A stretch of 47,888 bases of DNA, counting the filler, from Jimgerdemannia flammicorona (lineage: Eukaryota), in the NCBI GenBank assembly GCA_003990765.1. It is 2 parts of 2 records of this genome, joined end to end, with 100 filler letters (N's around TTAATTAATTAA, not from the genome) between each part and the next. Parts side by side here need not be neighbours in the genome. Positions count along the whole stretch, not along the records: positions 1 to 23,896 come from RBNJ01001046.1; 1 more part is not named here. The stretch is one strand, 5' to 3'. The notes under the pieces are model-generated. The model was not told where the DNA came from. It saw only the letters and a program-made list of their open reading frames with translations, and did no database searches. This document shows positions 12,201 to 23,996 of this stretch, one piece after another (position 1 is the stretch's first letter; the number at the start of each line of letters is the position of its first letter). The translations under genes and the position numbers were made by a program.

Positions 12201-12712
12201 GTAGAGGAAGAAGGCCCAGCAGGAGCTATGGGAGCAAACCCAGAGCCAGTGTCAAAGTGAATGGAAGATATGTGGAATAACATGTATGTATAAAGGGGAC
12301 AAATAAAGAACATAACTGATTTTGCATTAGCTATTTATTGCCACATATAAATGTGGTCATTATATATAAAATATGATGTCCCAAAAGAGTGAATGCACCA
12401 CAACTCAGGGCGAACCGAATTAGAACCACATAACTGCTGAAGATAAGTGGAGATAAAGGGGGAGCCAATTCCAGTTGCAGGATAAAAATCAAAAACAAAC
12501 ACATACAAAACAAAAAAACAAATCCAAATTGAGATTAAAAAATATCATCAGATCTCAGAGGGGTGAGCATGAGCAAGGGGTGAGGCCAAAACAGAGCAAG
12601 CAACAGCAAGCCTGAGCAAAGCATAGGGCTGAAGACAGCAGAGGGGAGCAGAGTAAGGCCAAGACCCCAGAGTGAGCCAAGACCCCAGAGGGGGCAAGAA
12701 TGTTTTTTAATC
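12201..12712 (-). repeat. Pseudo-LTR, 3' copy
   Basis: Direct repeat of 15851-16352. It carries TATATA and AATAAA on the minus strand and the first codons of the ORF. Confidence 0.88.
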
Positions 12713-15700
12713 CTCTCTAGCAGAGCCAGAGGCACCAGAAGGTGACAAAAACACAAAACAAGAGTGATGGATTAAAGAAGAAACAGAAGGAAGACACAAA
12801 TGAGCAATCAGAGAGTATTGTGAAAGTGATGAAAGTCCATAGTGTGAAAGAGAAGAGCACAGGACAGTGTCAGGGCATTGAGTGACCCAATAAGTACAAT
12901 CAAATAATATAATAAGAATCAGAGGTGGGAATGAAGAAGGGGTACAGAGAGGGTAAGGAAGGAGGGAGAGAAGGGAGGGGGGGTAAAGGGGAGAGAGGAG
13001 GGAAGAGTAAACAACAGATCATTCAACAGAAGCAAGTAGATCATGAACAATAGAAATTGGGTAGGCATGATGATGTACCATAAAGTTGCCAAGGACCCAA
13101 ACTGCAGACACCCAATCAGAATGATGGGAGCAGCATAATGCAAGATGATGAGCCTCACCACAAATACATTCAAGAAGAGTGCAATGAGGATAATTGGACA
13201 AGAAGTCAGAGAACTGTTGAGAACAAGGGAAATGAGAATAAACAACAGTTCAAAAAGGAGAAAGAGAAATGGAAAGGTCCAAAAAGAGAATACTGGTCAT
13301 ACTATACACTTAAGTAATAGAATGATGGAGAGGGTAGCACCATGGAACACATTAGGGATATCAATACCAGTAACAGCAAGAACTATAAAGTCATCAATGT
13401 ATTGGCAAAAGAAGATATCTCTAGCCTGGAAAATGCTAGAAAGAGGTGAAGAAGAATTACATATTGCATAAAGTTCATGGGCTAGGCCAACAAGATTGCC
13501 AAGAGTGGGGGCACAATTCGTTCCCATGGCAATACCAGAGGTCTGGTGAAAGGAGCCAAGTGCTGACTCAAAATAATTAGAGCCACAGACAAGGAGCATA
13601 AGCTCAACAATGGAAGCCAACAAGACTGGGGAGTCCAAAGGAAAGACAATAGAACCCAAGAAGCAAAGACAATCATCAATCTCATCAAAATGAATAGCAG
13701 TGTAGAAGGAGGAAAAATCACCAGAGACCAAATGGGAAAAACAGTGAACAGGCATGACAGTGGAGCAGAGAATGGCAAGCTCCTGAGTATCATGAAGAAT
13801 AGTATACTCAGGCCCAAGACAGTGTTGTAGAAGAGCTATTTAAGAGAGGAAGAAGCAGGATAACCTCTTTAAAATCTCAGTGATAGGAGAGTTAAATGCA
13901 GCCATAATAGGATGCCAAGCCAAGGTAGGCTTGTGAACTTTAGGAAGAGCATAGAAAACCAGAAGACAAATGTCAACCAAGGACAAAGAGTCCTGAAAGA
14001 AGTTAAAAATGGGGTTTGCAAAAGGAGAATCTGAAAGTGATCTTGTATGAGCCAGAGAGACCCAAAGAAGAGTGAGAATCTCATCCAATCCAAGAGCACT
14101 AGGCTTGTAAGCCATGGCTCAAAGGAGGGCAGAAAGGCCATCAAGATAGAGTGACTTAGGAATAAGTACAATACCCTGATTCTTATCAGTGACTGTGAGC
14201 AAATGTAAAGGCAATTGCTTTACCAATTTAAGTATGATATGCATGGCATGGTCTGAAACCAAGTAAGAGCGAGCCCATCCAGGAACAGACAGTGAGAAAG
14301 CCATATCAAGGAATATGCAGTATGAAGAGATATTGGGACGGGAACCCAATTGCTAGAAACAAAATAGCAAGAGGGCATCTTACCACAATCCTCAAAAAAG
14401 ATAGCAAGGTCAAGAGCATGACAAAAATATATAAGATGAGCTGGATCAGTGAAGGAGAATTGTAAGGGAGTCACAGGAAAAATGAAGTGAGGACCCAAGG
14501 ATAAGGCAAAGACTTGAAGGGGAGAAAGGGGACAGTCAGCTAAAGAAAAAGGAGGAGACAAAAGTGTTCCAATAGAAGAATAAACCTGAAAGTTTAGGAC
14601 AAGCAACTGGGAAAGACAAAGGGGAGACAATATGAGGAACCACTCAGGGCATACCAGAAGTGACAAAAGAATCCGAGAAGAGATGGGGACACTGGGGGAG
14701 AACCATGCTGGGGGGAAGTTTAAGAGTGGGAGATCTTCCCATTCCCCTGACTTTTTTTGAAGATGACAAACCTGATAAATAGGAGTACACTTTGTCAGAG
14801 TGCCAGATCTTATGGCCACAGGCTTTTGTGTAGCCCTGATATTCAGGGGCATGGGTAGAGGAGGTAGAGGAGGAACTGGCAGAGGAGGTAGAAGGAGAGC
14901 AAGTAGCCAAAGGGACAGCAGCATGAGAGACACCACCATGGGGGCAGACAGACTTGGCTGGGTGCCAGTAGGCATGGTGGAGGTGACTGGAGCAGACAGT
15001 GCAAGGCTAGGCCACAATGGGGTGAGAACCAAGTTGGCAGCCATGCTTCAGGGCAGGGGGAATGGAAGAGAGAGGCCTTGGCAGGAGTGGGGGACTGGGA
15101 AGAGGCTGATGAAGCCTGGTTGGGCTTGGTGGGAGTCTTGGCAGGGGTTTTGGTAGTAGCAGCAGCAAAGGAGCAGACCTTGGCATGAGCAGTAGCATGA
15201 GCCTCAGCACAGATGGCCTTGGAGATTGAAACCTCAGGGAAGATAGGCAGGGAAGCAGTGGTGGCAGCATGAGCAGCAGCAGCAGCATGTGACATTTCCT
15301 GCTCATGAAGGTGAGTGAAAAATGAGGTACCAGCAAGGATGAAGTGATGAGCAGCATTGATGTCGGCAGCAACAGAGATAACATCTTGGATGGCAAAACC
15401 ACAGAAAGGGGCAGTGTCTATAAGGCAGGAGGAGGCAAAGGCCACAAAAACAGCACAGACACAGTAGAAGGAGGCTGAAGCAGTGGTAGCAGAAGTGGTG
15501 GTGGCATCAGCAGTAACAAGTTTAGTGGTGGCAGTGGCAGCACAAACCTCTTCAGAGAGGGCTTGGTGGCAGGCCTCAGGGAGAACAGAGTAACAGATAG
15601 TAGGTGGAGCAATGACATCGATATCACAGTGGAGACAAGCCACCTTAGCAGAGAGGGCAAGACCTGGCCAGAACTGAGAGAGGAACAGATGACCAGATGG

Positions 15701-15879
15701 ATGAGGTCCAGGGGGAGAGAGAGAATGGCAGATGAGATATAGGTCTCAAACAAGACAGTGGTAGGGACAAAAGCAGGGAGAGGAGGAGGAGGAACCTCAT
15801 TCATGACCTCATCAATGAGGACAGAGGCCCCGAGGGCAGACAGTACAGCAGTGGAGGAAGAAGGCTCAGTGGGAGCCAT
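12707..15879 (-). pseudogene. Penelope-like ORF: low-complexity N-terminus plus RT and thumb; no GIY-YIG recognised
   Basis: LSLGPHF, TDKNQGIVL, FYALPKVHKP..WHPI, GIAMGTNCAPTLGNL, CQYIDDF, SNYPHCT...GEAH...AYP. Frameshifts and stops are present. It ends at TAA 12707-12709. Confidence 0.85.
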
Positions 15880-16352
15880 GGGAGTGAACCCAGAGCCAGT
15901 GTCAAAGCAAATAGAAGACATGTGGAATAGCAAATATAAAGGGAATGAACAAAGAACGTAACTGATTTTGCATCAGCTATTTATTGCTATATAAAAATAT
16001 GGTCCTTATATACAAAATACAATGTCCCAAAAGGGAGGATGTACCACAACTTGGGGTGAACTGAATTAGGAACCACATGATCACTAGAGATAAGTGGAGA
16101 TAAAGGGGGAGCCAATCCCAGTTACAGGATAAAAATCACAAACAAACACAAACAAAAAAAATTCAAATCAAGATTAAAAAACATCTGCTGACCCTGGAGA
16201 GGTGAGTGTAAGTGAGGGGTGAGGCCAAAATGGAGCAAGCCACAGTAAGCCTAAGTGAAGCAAGGGGCTGAAGGCAGCAGAGGGGAGTGTAGTAAGGCTG
16301 AGACCCCAGAGCAAGCACGAGACCCTGGAGGGGGCAAGGGTGTTTTTGAATC
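15851..16352 (-). repeat. Pseudo-LTR, 5' copy, overlapping the ORF start
   Basis: Direct repeat of 12201-12712. Confidence 0.88.
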
Positions 16353-16640
16353 TAATTTTTATCCTGCAACTGAGATTGGCTCCCCCTTTATCTCTGCTTA
16401 TCTCTAGTGGTCATGTGTTTCCTAATTCAGTTCACCCTGAGTTGTGGCACATCCTCCCTTTTGGGATGTTATCTTTTATATATAAGGACTGCATTTTTAT
16501 GTAGCAATAAATGGCTGATACAAAATCAGTTACATTCTTTATTTGTTTCCTTTATACATGCTATTCTACATATCTTCCATTCACTTTGACACTGGCTCTG
16601 GGTTCACTTCCATGGCTCTCACTGGGTCTTCTTTCTCCAC
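16353..16640 (+). repeat. Inverted partial pseudo-LTR
   Basis: Reverse complement of ~12201-12491 and ~15851-16138. Confidence 0.88.
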
Positions 16641-16767
16641 TTTTGAAGGTAGTTTGCTCTTCTGGCTCCAAGATAAGGTTCTTATGCAATATTACTAGTT
16701 AGTGATACACTTGCTGGGGGGTATCCTTCTCAAAGTGGTTGATCTGAAGGAGATGTACTTCTTTCTT

Positions 16768-17170
16768 ATCTGAGCTTCCAAATCCTTCAGCTTGCCTTTT
16801 TTCCTTAGTCTGTTTGGAGACTTCTTATAATTGAGAAATTTGACATTCTTGAAGACTGCCTGAGTAATCTTCTGTCCTCTGAGAATTTGGTACCATTCTA
16901 TACCACTGATGTACAAGATGATCTTGTTTTTATCTATGTATTCTGAGTCTATAATTTCTCCTCCTACAGATACTCTCTATCTAGCAAGTCCAGACCTTGA
17001 GGTCAGATGAATGTAAGTTCTTTTGGGTGGCTGCAAGGCTGGTCTGGTTCTGAATACAAATGTTCTTCCTGACTTGATGGGGTCATCCTCCAGACTGTAG
17101 AAGTCATACCCTATATATATATATCTTCTTTGTGAGCTTTGGTCTGCAGTTTAGCTTTTGGATGTAGTAG
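16768..17170 (-). pseudogene. dUTPase domain of Gypsy B1
   Basis: LLHPKAKL..., GYDFYSLE, SRSGLAR, IIDSEYI, QKITQAVF, AEGFGSSD. Frameshifted. Confidence 0.82.
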
Positions 17171-17199
17171 GACATACTGACCAATTTCATGGAAGCCCT

Positions 17200-18092
17200 A
17201 GACTCTACAGTAAAGAGAAGAATCAACTATCTCTAAGATCCATCTACTGGTGCCAGATTGCCACACCTTAACCTCAGAGTTTAGAGACTTCCTGCCAATG
17301 GAGCTTTAGCTCAAGAACAGCCTGAACTCAGCAAGAATGTTGCCCAGTATATTTTGCTACACTCTAAGGCCAAACTCCTGATCAAGCTCATCAAGAAGAT
17401 ATAGAGTATGACCTCTATAGTCTGGAGGATGAACATATCAAACTTGTAAGAACATTGATGTTCAAAACTAGACTAGTTATATAGCCACCCTGATGAACTT
17501 ATATTCAACTGACCTCAAGGTCTGGACTTGCCAGACAAGGAGTTACTATGAAGGAGGAACTATAGATCCAGAATATATAGGTGAAATCAAGATCATTCTA
17601 TATAATAGTGATACAGAATGACACCAAATTCTTAGAGAACAGAAGATTGCCCAAATAGTCTTTATGAAAGTCAAGACTCCCCAATTATAAGAAGTTTCCA
17701 AACTGACTGAAGGAATAAGGAAAACTGAAGGATTTGAAAGCTCAGACAAAAAGAAATTACATCTCCTTCAAGTCAACCAATTCAAGAAGAATACTCCTCA
17801 GTAAGTATATTATCAACTAGTCAAACTGTAAAAGAATCTCATCCAGGAATCTTGGAGAGCAAACTATCTTTGAAATTTTTGTACCATCTAATCTCAGGAA
17901 TCTCTTCTTTAAACCCAATGAAGATATCTCAAATCTGAATATTGAAGGATATATATTCTCTGACAAGATGAATCTTATATACTCCCAGCAACTAACCAGA
18001 GATAGAAAAGCATTATCTTGTCAAAAGAAATCATCATAGAATATCTAGTGCCCTTCTTTAACTAAACTTACAGAGAAGTCTATGAGTTTAAA
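17200..18092 (+). mobile_element. Gypsy family B internal fragment (B3) with dUTPase
   Basis: Inverted homologue of 16641-17190 joined to 11975-12198. dUTPase at ~17352-17746: YDLYSLE, SRSGLARQGV, GGTIDPEYIGEIKIIL, KIAQIVF, RKTEGFESS. Confidence 0.85.
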
Positions 18093-18299
18093 AAAACAGG
18101 CATCTTGCACCAATAACATTCAGGTGATATAAGACTCAGACAACACTTTTCACAATGCTTTTGGTGAAAGGAGACTATTGATATAGACAGCAATAATTAT
18201 ACTGATGAGTATACTGGTCAGGGGGGCAGCAGTAACTTTGACTAGAGGCATGTAGGGAGGAGGGAAGCTGGTTTGGGGATGTCAGGGCCTTCTGTGGCT

Positions 18300-20097
18300 G
18301 GCCATGATGCTGGTGGTAGAGAGAGGGGCAGATTGAGGCAATAAGAAGGGGAGAGATCAACCTTCACTAACAAGGTCAAGATGGAGAGAATGGCATCTGA
18401 TCTGGATAGTTGGTTGGGACTGGGGATAGCATTGACAGCTTCAGTTGGAGACCAGGGAGGGGCCTCCATGGGAGGCTCAGACAGTAGAGAGAGGGGGGGA
18501 GTAGGGGCTGGAGATGTGACTGCTGATGAAGCTGTGACTGGGGATCTGAAAAAAATCCAGATCTGATAGTGGTTAGTGGATCAGGACAGGGAGAGGGCAC
18601 AAGACCTGGGGATCTGGCAGATGGTGTGATGGGCATGGTGTCAGTACCATTACTCAAAAAGTCAAGGTCAGAATTTGCTATCATATTGTGCTTCTGAGGC
18701 TTGGCAGTGACTGCAAGGATGAATTTGGGGCTGGTGGCACAGAAGGTGAAGGGGGCAGCTTTGGTGAAGTTCTTGAAGAGAAAAGAAGGAGTCAAGGTAG
18801 GATTTGAGGAAGAGGCATTATTATTGGAGACTGTGGAGAAGGGGGTGGTGGTGGGCAGAGTGGTGGTTCCTATGGCCAGGTGCATGCACTGGGACCCTCA
18901 AGTGGTACAGTTGATGGTGTTGGATCTTCCTATGGTGTCAAGAGGGAGGGCCAGGGAGCTGATTGTAGAGGTGCTCAAGGAGTATTGGGAGATTATAGAT
19001 ATTGGGTTCCAAGTCTGAGAGGGTACTGACCTCAGGATAGGTGATGTCAATGTCAGAGTGAGGCTGGCTGGAAGGGAGAACATGGGGAAGACAAGGGACT
19101 GGCTTGCTACTCTTAAGTGGGGCCAAGTTGAGTGCAAGGTTTTGAGGGTGAAGTAGATGCTTGAGAAGGAGGAGGACTTGCTGGAGGCTCTAGAGGATCT
19201 GGCAGAAGTGGTGGAGAAGAGGCAACTGGCTTGGAAGAAGTATGAGGCCAAGGTGGTGGTGGAGATTGTAGATGGAAAAAGGGTCAGGATGGACAAGGGG
19301 ATCTGGGAGAAGATGCAGGGGAGGCAAATCCAGAAGGGGTTGCTGGCAAAGATGAGAGGAAGTGTGGCAGATGGTGAGGTAGAGGAAGATAGTACTGGAC
19401 TGAGAGAGAGTTCCTGGGCTGGAGAGTACAAGATGGCTCTGAATGTGGCTCCAGAGGGACCAAGTGAGGAGAGTCTAGGTGGTGTAGTGGAGGATGCCAA
19501 AATTGAGAAGGAAGCTCACTCTCAGTGTGGAGTTCCGAGCAGAGCAGAGGTGGAGGAGGAACTACTGGACATACTGGAGGAGGAGTGGGATGAGTCAGGA
19601 AGGAGGAGCATCTTGGTGGACTCTGTGGTGGGGGTCAAGGGAGTTGCCCAGAGTGTTGCTGAGGTGGTGGATGAAGAGAAGTGGCTGTGGAAGACTCAAG
19701 AGGGGGTAGCAGCTAAGGAGATCAGGGGAGAGGACTTCTAGATATTAGTGATAGGCATTGGAAAGAAATTCTTCATAGAGAGGAAGTGTCAACAAAGATT
19801 AGGAATGAAATCCTGGTGGTGCTCTTAGAGTCACAGGAATATCAAGTTAATGATCAGAGAGAGGAGGCCCTTTGGGGGATTGCAAATGACTGGGTGGTAT
19901 ACTTGTGGGGCTTGAGGAAGGGGTTGAAGAAATGGAGAGTGATATGTACAGATTATTGGATGGAAATGGAGGTTGTGGATAGTGTGGAGTGTCAGAAAAT
20001 CTTGGAAGCACTGAATACTCAGGATATAGCAGAGGATGATTTGGAGGGAGAGCAGCATTTAGATCTGGCTAGAGATGGAATGAGTATAGTATTCTAG
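18300..20097 (+). pseudogene. LINE ORF1 (RRM-like segment, Glu-rich helical C-terminus); start approximate
   Basis: VQLMVLDLP...LIVEVLKEY.EIIDI...GDVNVRV. Conserved in copy 2 (24019-25800). Confidence 0.7.
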
Positions 20098-20128
20098 ACT
20101 GTGCTCTCCATATCAAACATTTTTCAAT

Positions 20129-23100
20129 ATGAATAGTACAACTAGAATCTTTTCTTTGAATGTAAATGGGTTGAGGGGAGCAGTATGATGAAGGAATATC
20201 CTTAGCTGGCTGAGGGAACTGGATGCAGATCTCTTCTTACTGCAGAATGTACAGTATGAGGTATATATAGACTTACTGAACTGGACTAGAGAATGTGGTG
20301 AGGCAGCTGTGTGGACTGAGCGGATAGGCATTCTGGTTCAAAAGGGGATGGGGGACATTGGAGACATTGGACATTGGGGGAGTAGGTTGGTGTGGAAAGT
20401 ATGGAAGAGGCCTGGGTGGAACCCTTTGATAGTTGGGTTGTATTATTGTCCAGCTGAGAGGGGGAAACACATAGATTGGGTCAGGGACCTGAGAGAGGCT
20501 GGTATTATGGATGAGGCAGGAATTGATTGCCTGGGGGGGGATTTCAACATGGTATGTGATAATTGGATAGACAGGACTGATAGCAGGAGAGAAATGAGAG
20601 GCAGAAGTGGTGGATTAGATGATTGAATGGAGATTGAGAGATTGAGCTCCTTGGTTGACTCAGGGTGACAGTTTGAGATAGATTACCAAATTTATACTCA
20701 CTTGATAGCAGGGCTGGGATCTAGGATTGAATGGATATTGATGGCAGAGTGCTGGAGAGTGGATGTCTGAGATACACTGGAGGTGATTTGGTGTCCATAG
20801 TCAGATTACTGGGGTCTGATAGGGGGTGGGAGATTTGGAGGTAGTGTGGATGGGTCTGGGCATTGGCAACTGAATTCTTCTTTGTTGGAGGATGGTTCCT
20901 TATGGACAGACTGGGAGGTAGAAGTTAGTGCAAAGATTGATAGGTGGTGGGATCAGGGATTGGTGATCAGAGATCACTGGCAGTGGTTGAAATCAAGTAC
21001 TCAGAGGTACTGGAGGGAGGCAGGGAAAGAAAGGAGTTCTCAGTGGTAGTGGTGAGTGCAATGGGCTTCACAGAGATCAGTGGCAATTTTGGAGAAGTGG
21101 GCAGGGTCTCTGGAGGACTGGGGGGAGACTGATTGGTGTATTCTGCAGATACAAAATAAAGTAGATGAGCTCAATGGAGTACTACAAATGAAGGAAGAGG
21201 CTCAGCTGAAGGGGATAGTAATGAGGTTGCAGTGAGAGGTGTTGGAGGTGAGGGAGAGGCCTACTAGGTTTCGTTCACAGTTGCTCCAAGCTAGAAGAAC
21301 CAGGCAGTGTGGAATGGTATTTTGGATGAGGATGGAGAAATGATAGCAGGGACTCCTAAGATTCTGAGATTGCTGAGGCCTTGCTGAGAGAATTTATAGA
21401 GTAAGGCAGAAGGGGTTGAGGATGTCTTGAACATTGAACAGCAGTTGGAGTATTGGCATCTGGACCCAGCACTGGGCCTGGAGACACTGAGAGATCCAGT
21501 GTGGGGGGAGGAAGTATGCAAGGTTCTGGCTTTGACAAGTAAGGGGATAGCTCCAGGAGAGGATGGACTTCCTTGGGATTTTTGGAAGAAGATGGCTTTA
21601 GTAGAGGTGGTATTGGAGGAGATGAAAGTGATGTGTGATGAAGTTCTTTGGTCTGGAACTTGGATTGGGGACCAGCACCTAGGGCTGGTCTCCTTGATCT
21701 ATAAGAATAAGAAGAGAAGAGAAGATTGGAAGAACTGGCAATCAATCATGCTCCTCAACATAAACCACAAGCTGGTGACAAAGATCTTGGTGACTAGGCT
21801 GCAGGGGATTGCTCAGCAGATGCTAGGAGTGGAGCAGAGGAGATTTGTTGGTGGTAGGTTGATCTGAGATGGTACTGCCTAGGTTTATAGGGTGATTGAA
21901 GAGGCTCAGGCAGCTGGGGTGGATGGCCAGTTAGTGTTTCTAGATCAGGAGAAGGCATATGACAGGGTGAGAACGGTCTGGCTGGAGGGAGTGCTGAAAC
22001 ATATGGGGGCTCCCTAAGCATTCAGGAGGTCATTGATCAGTTTATTGGAGGACAGTCAAGCAGTATTAGTGGTAAATGAGCACAGGGGTATAACTTTTCC
22101 ACTAGATCATGGGATGCTACAATGAGACCCCTTGTTGCCCATCCTATATGCCCTTTCCTTGGAGCCCTTGTTGGATAGGATTTGGTATCAAATTGGGGGT
22201 TTGGACATTTTGGAGATTAACTGGAAGATTGGTGCTTTTGTGGATAATATGATGGTTGGATTGGGTTAATTAGTAGATATAGAAGAATTAAGAAGGACTG
22301 TGGAATGGTATGAGAGGGGCTCAGGAGCTTGACTCAACTGGCACAAATGTGAGAGTCTAGTACTAGGTGGTGGAATAGTATGTAGTGATATGATTGGGAC
22401 AGTGGTTCTAGCAGGAGAACCAGTATGGTACTTGGGGATATACTTTTTGGTATATGGGTCCCTTCTGCCTCATATGTGGTGAGAACAGCAGCTTTAGTAT
22501 GGGGGAATGTTCTCTTGCAGTGGGGCAGCCAGCATATATCCTTAGTAGGAAGGGTGATAGTGCTGAACATGTATTGGATGCCATAGCTGTGGTATGTAGA
22601 GTATTATCTGAACTTTCTGGTTTGGGTGGTCAGGCAACTTCTGAAGATGGCAAGATCATGGGTTTGAGCTGGGTGGCATAGTTAGATAGGCTGGGAGGTT
22701 CTGACTCTGCCTGTTGACAGAGGCAGGCTGGGCTTAGTGGACTTTACTAAGTGTCTAAATTGTCTGTAAGTATGGTAGCTGAAGAGAGCAAGTGAGTTGC
22801 AGGGCCAGGAGTGGGTGCCACTCATACAAAGAGTGTGGGAAGTCTGTTATTCCCCTTGTGGAGTGACTGGTAACCTGCTTGCAATGGTGGCCATAGATGG
22901 GAGCAGAAGGAAGCATTATAAAGGTTTTTGGTAGGGAGTTGTAGATAGTGCCAGGCAGATTGGTCTTTGGTGGAGAGGTGATGAGGAGGTGGAAGACTGG
23001 AGACCACAGATGTGGAGATGGGACCTGCTACTGCTGGGAGGTACAATGGTAGAGAACTTTCAGCTTAGAGATAGAATGAAATATATGAGGGGGCTTGGGG

Positions 23101-23750
23101 GTGACATATGGCCCGAAGCATGGTAGAGGGTGGGGATTAGTGAAGAGTAGGACTGGAATGGTATTTGGTCTTGGAGCAAGCAGGTGATGTGGTGGCTTCC
23201 CCTCAAGCCCTAGGTAGTCTGGTGGAGATTCCTGAGGTGGAATGTGATATTGAACTATTAGTCTGGGCACTTGGTGGTGGATGGTATGTTTGAATATGAG
23301 GAATATATAGATATTGGCCAGGAAGGGGGAGTGGTACAGACACCTGAACATTGGCTAGGGGAGTGTGAAGCTTTGGTGGAGTTTTGGCACAGTATTTCTA
23401 GCAGACTGAAATTGAGGCCCCTTGTGGGGAGAGAAGGAGGAAGATGGGGGGACCTCTAGTGAAGGCTAGTGGGCAGGGTAGAGTATGAATGGTTGACCTT
23501 AGGGTAGGCCCTGGCTATCTGGGTCGGGATGGTCAGTTATTGGCTTCATGTCTTTGAGGAGGGCCAGTGCATTGCATTTAGAGTTAGAGTTGCATGCTGG
23601 GAATAGTTATTACTTGACATTTTAAATGGTTGGTGGAGTGGGTGGGGACCTGATAGGGGCCATTGGAATCTGGTGAACTATATTTGTAAGAAGAGTGGAG
23701 AGAGGGTTCAGGTGGCAGGTGGCTGGTGGTACTTCAGCAAGGAGTGATAG
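20129..23750 (+). pseudogene. LINE ORF2: APE endonuclease, RT, C-terminal Cys/His motif
   Basis: RIFSLNVNGL, LLQNVQ, GGDFN, WQLNSSLL, APGEDGLP, LLNINHKL, FLDQEKAYDRV, Q*DPLLPILY, AFVDNM, TPEHWLGEC. Confidence 0.92.
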
Positions 23751-23896
23751 AGAGTTGGGAGGGAGATCTGAGGGATATTGACTGAGGGGTTGTGGGTATA
23801 TATGTAGTGGGATTGGGTGAGGAGCTCATTTGTATTAATACATCATAGACAGTATGGTAATAAACTGGCAGTCCAAGTGACTATAAAAAAAAAAAA

Positions 23897-23996
23897 NNNN
23901 NNNNNNNNNNNNNNNNNNNNNNNNNNNNNNNNNNNNNNNNTTAATTAATTAANNNNNNNNNNNNNNNNNNNNNNNNNNNNNNNNNNNNNNNNNNNN
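23897..23996. other. Assembly gap with TTAATTAATTAA linker
   Basis: N runs flank a 12-mer at 23941-23952 that gives stops in all six frames. Confidence 0.95.

Larger units (their letters stand above)
12199..16640 (-). mobile_element. Penelope-like element with direct pseudo-LTRs and a 5' inverted repeat
   Basis: Penelope-type RT motifs, direct repeats at 12201-12712 and 15851-16352, inverted copy at 16353-16640, flanked by TTTTGAAG at 12191-12198 and 16641-16648. Confidence 0.9.
7372..17195 (-). mobile_element. Ty3/Gypsy family B copy B1 (5'-truncated; interrupted by MITE and Penelope-like element)
   Basis: dUTPase, RT, RNase H, integrase, extra ORF, PPT and LTR. Collinear with 44405-47735 and 17200-18092. 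Confidence 0.88.
18098..23896 (+). mobile_element. L1/Tx1-like non-LTR retrotransposon, near full length (copy 1)
   Basis: ORF1, ORF2 (APE-RT-Cys motif), AATAAA at ~23859 and poly(A) at 23885-23896. The 5' end is approximate. Confidence 0.9.

Noticed and set aside
12545..12551. CTGATGA (minus strand) as a hammerhead ribozyme core
   Set aside because: There is no downstream stem II/GAAA, and it is not conserved in the other pseudo-LTR copy.
23941..23952. TTAATTAATTAA palindrome as a biological site
   Set aside because: It sits inside an N run and is a scaffolding linker.
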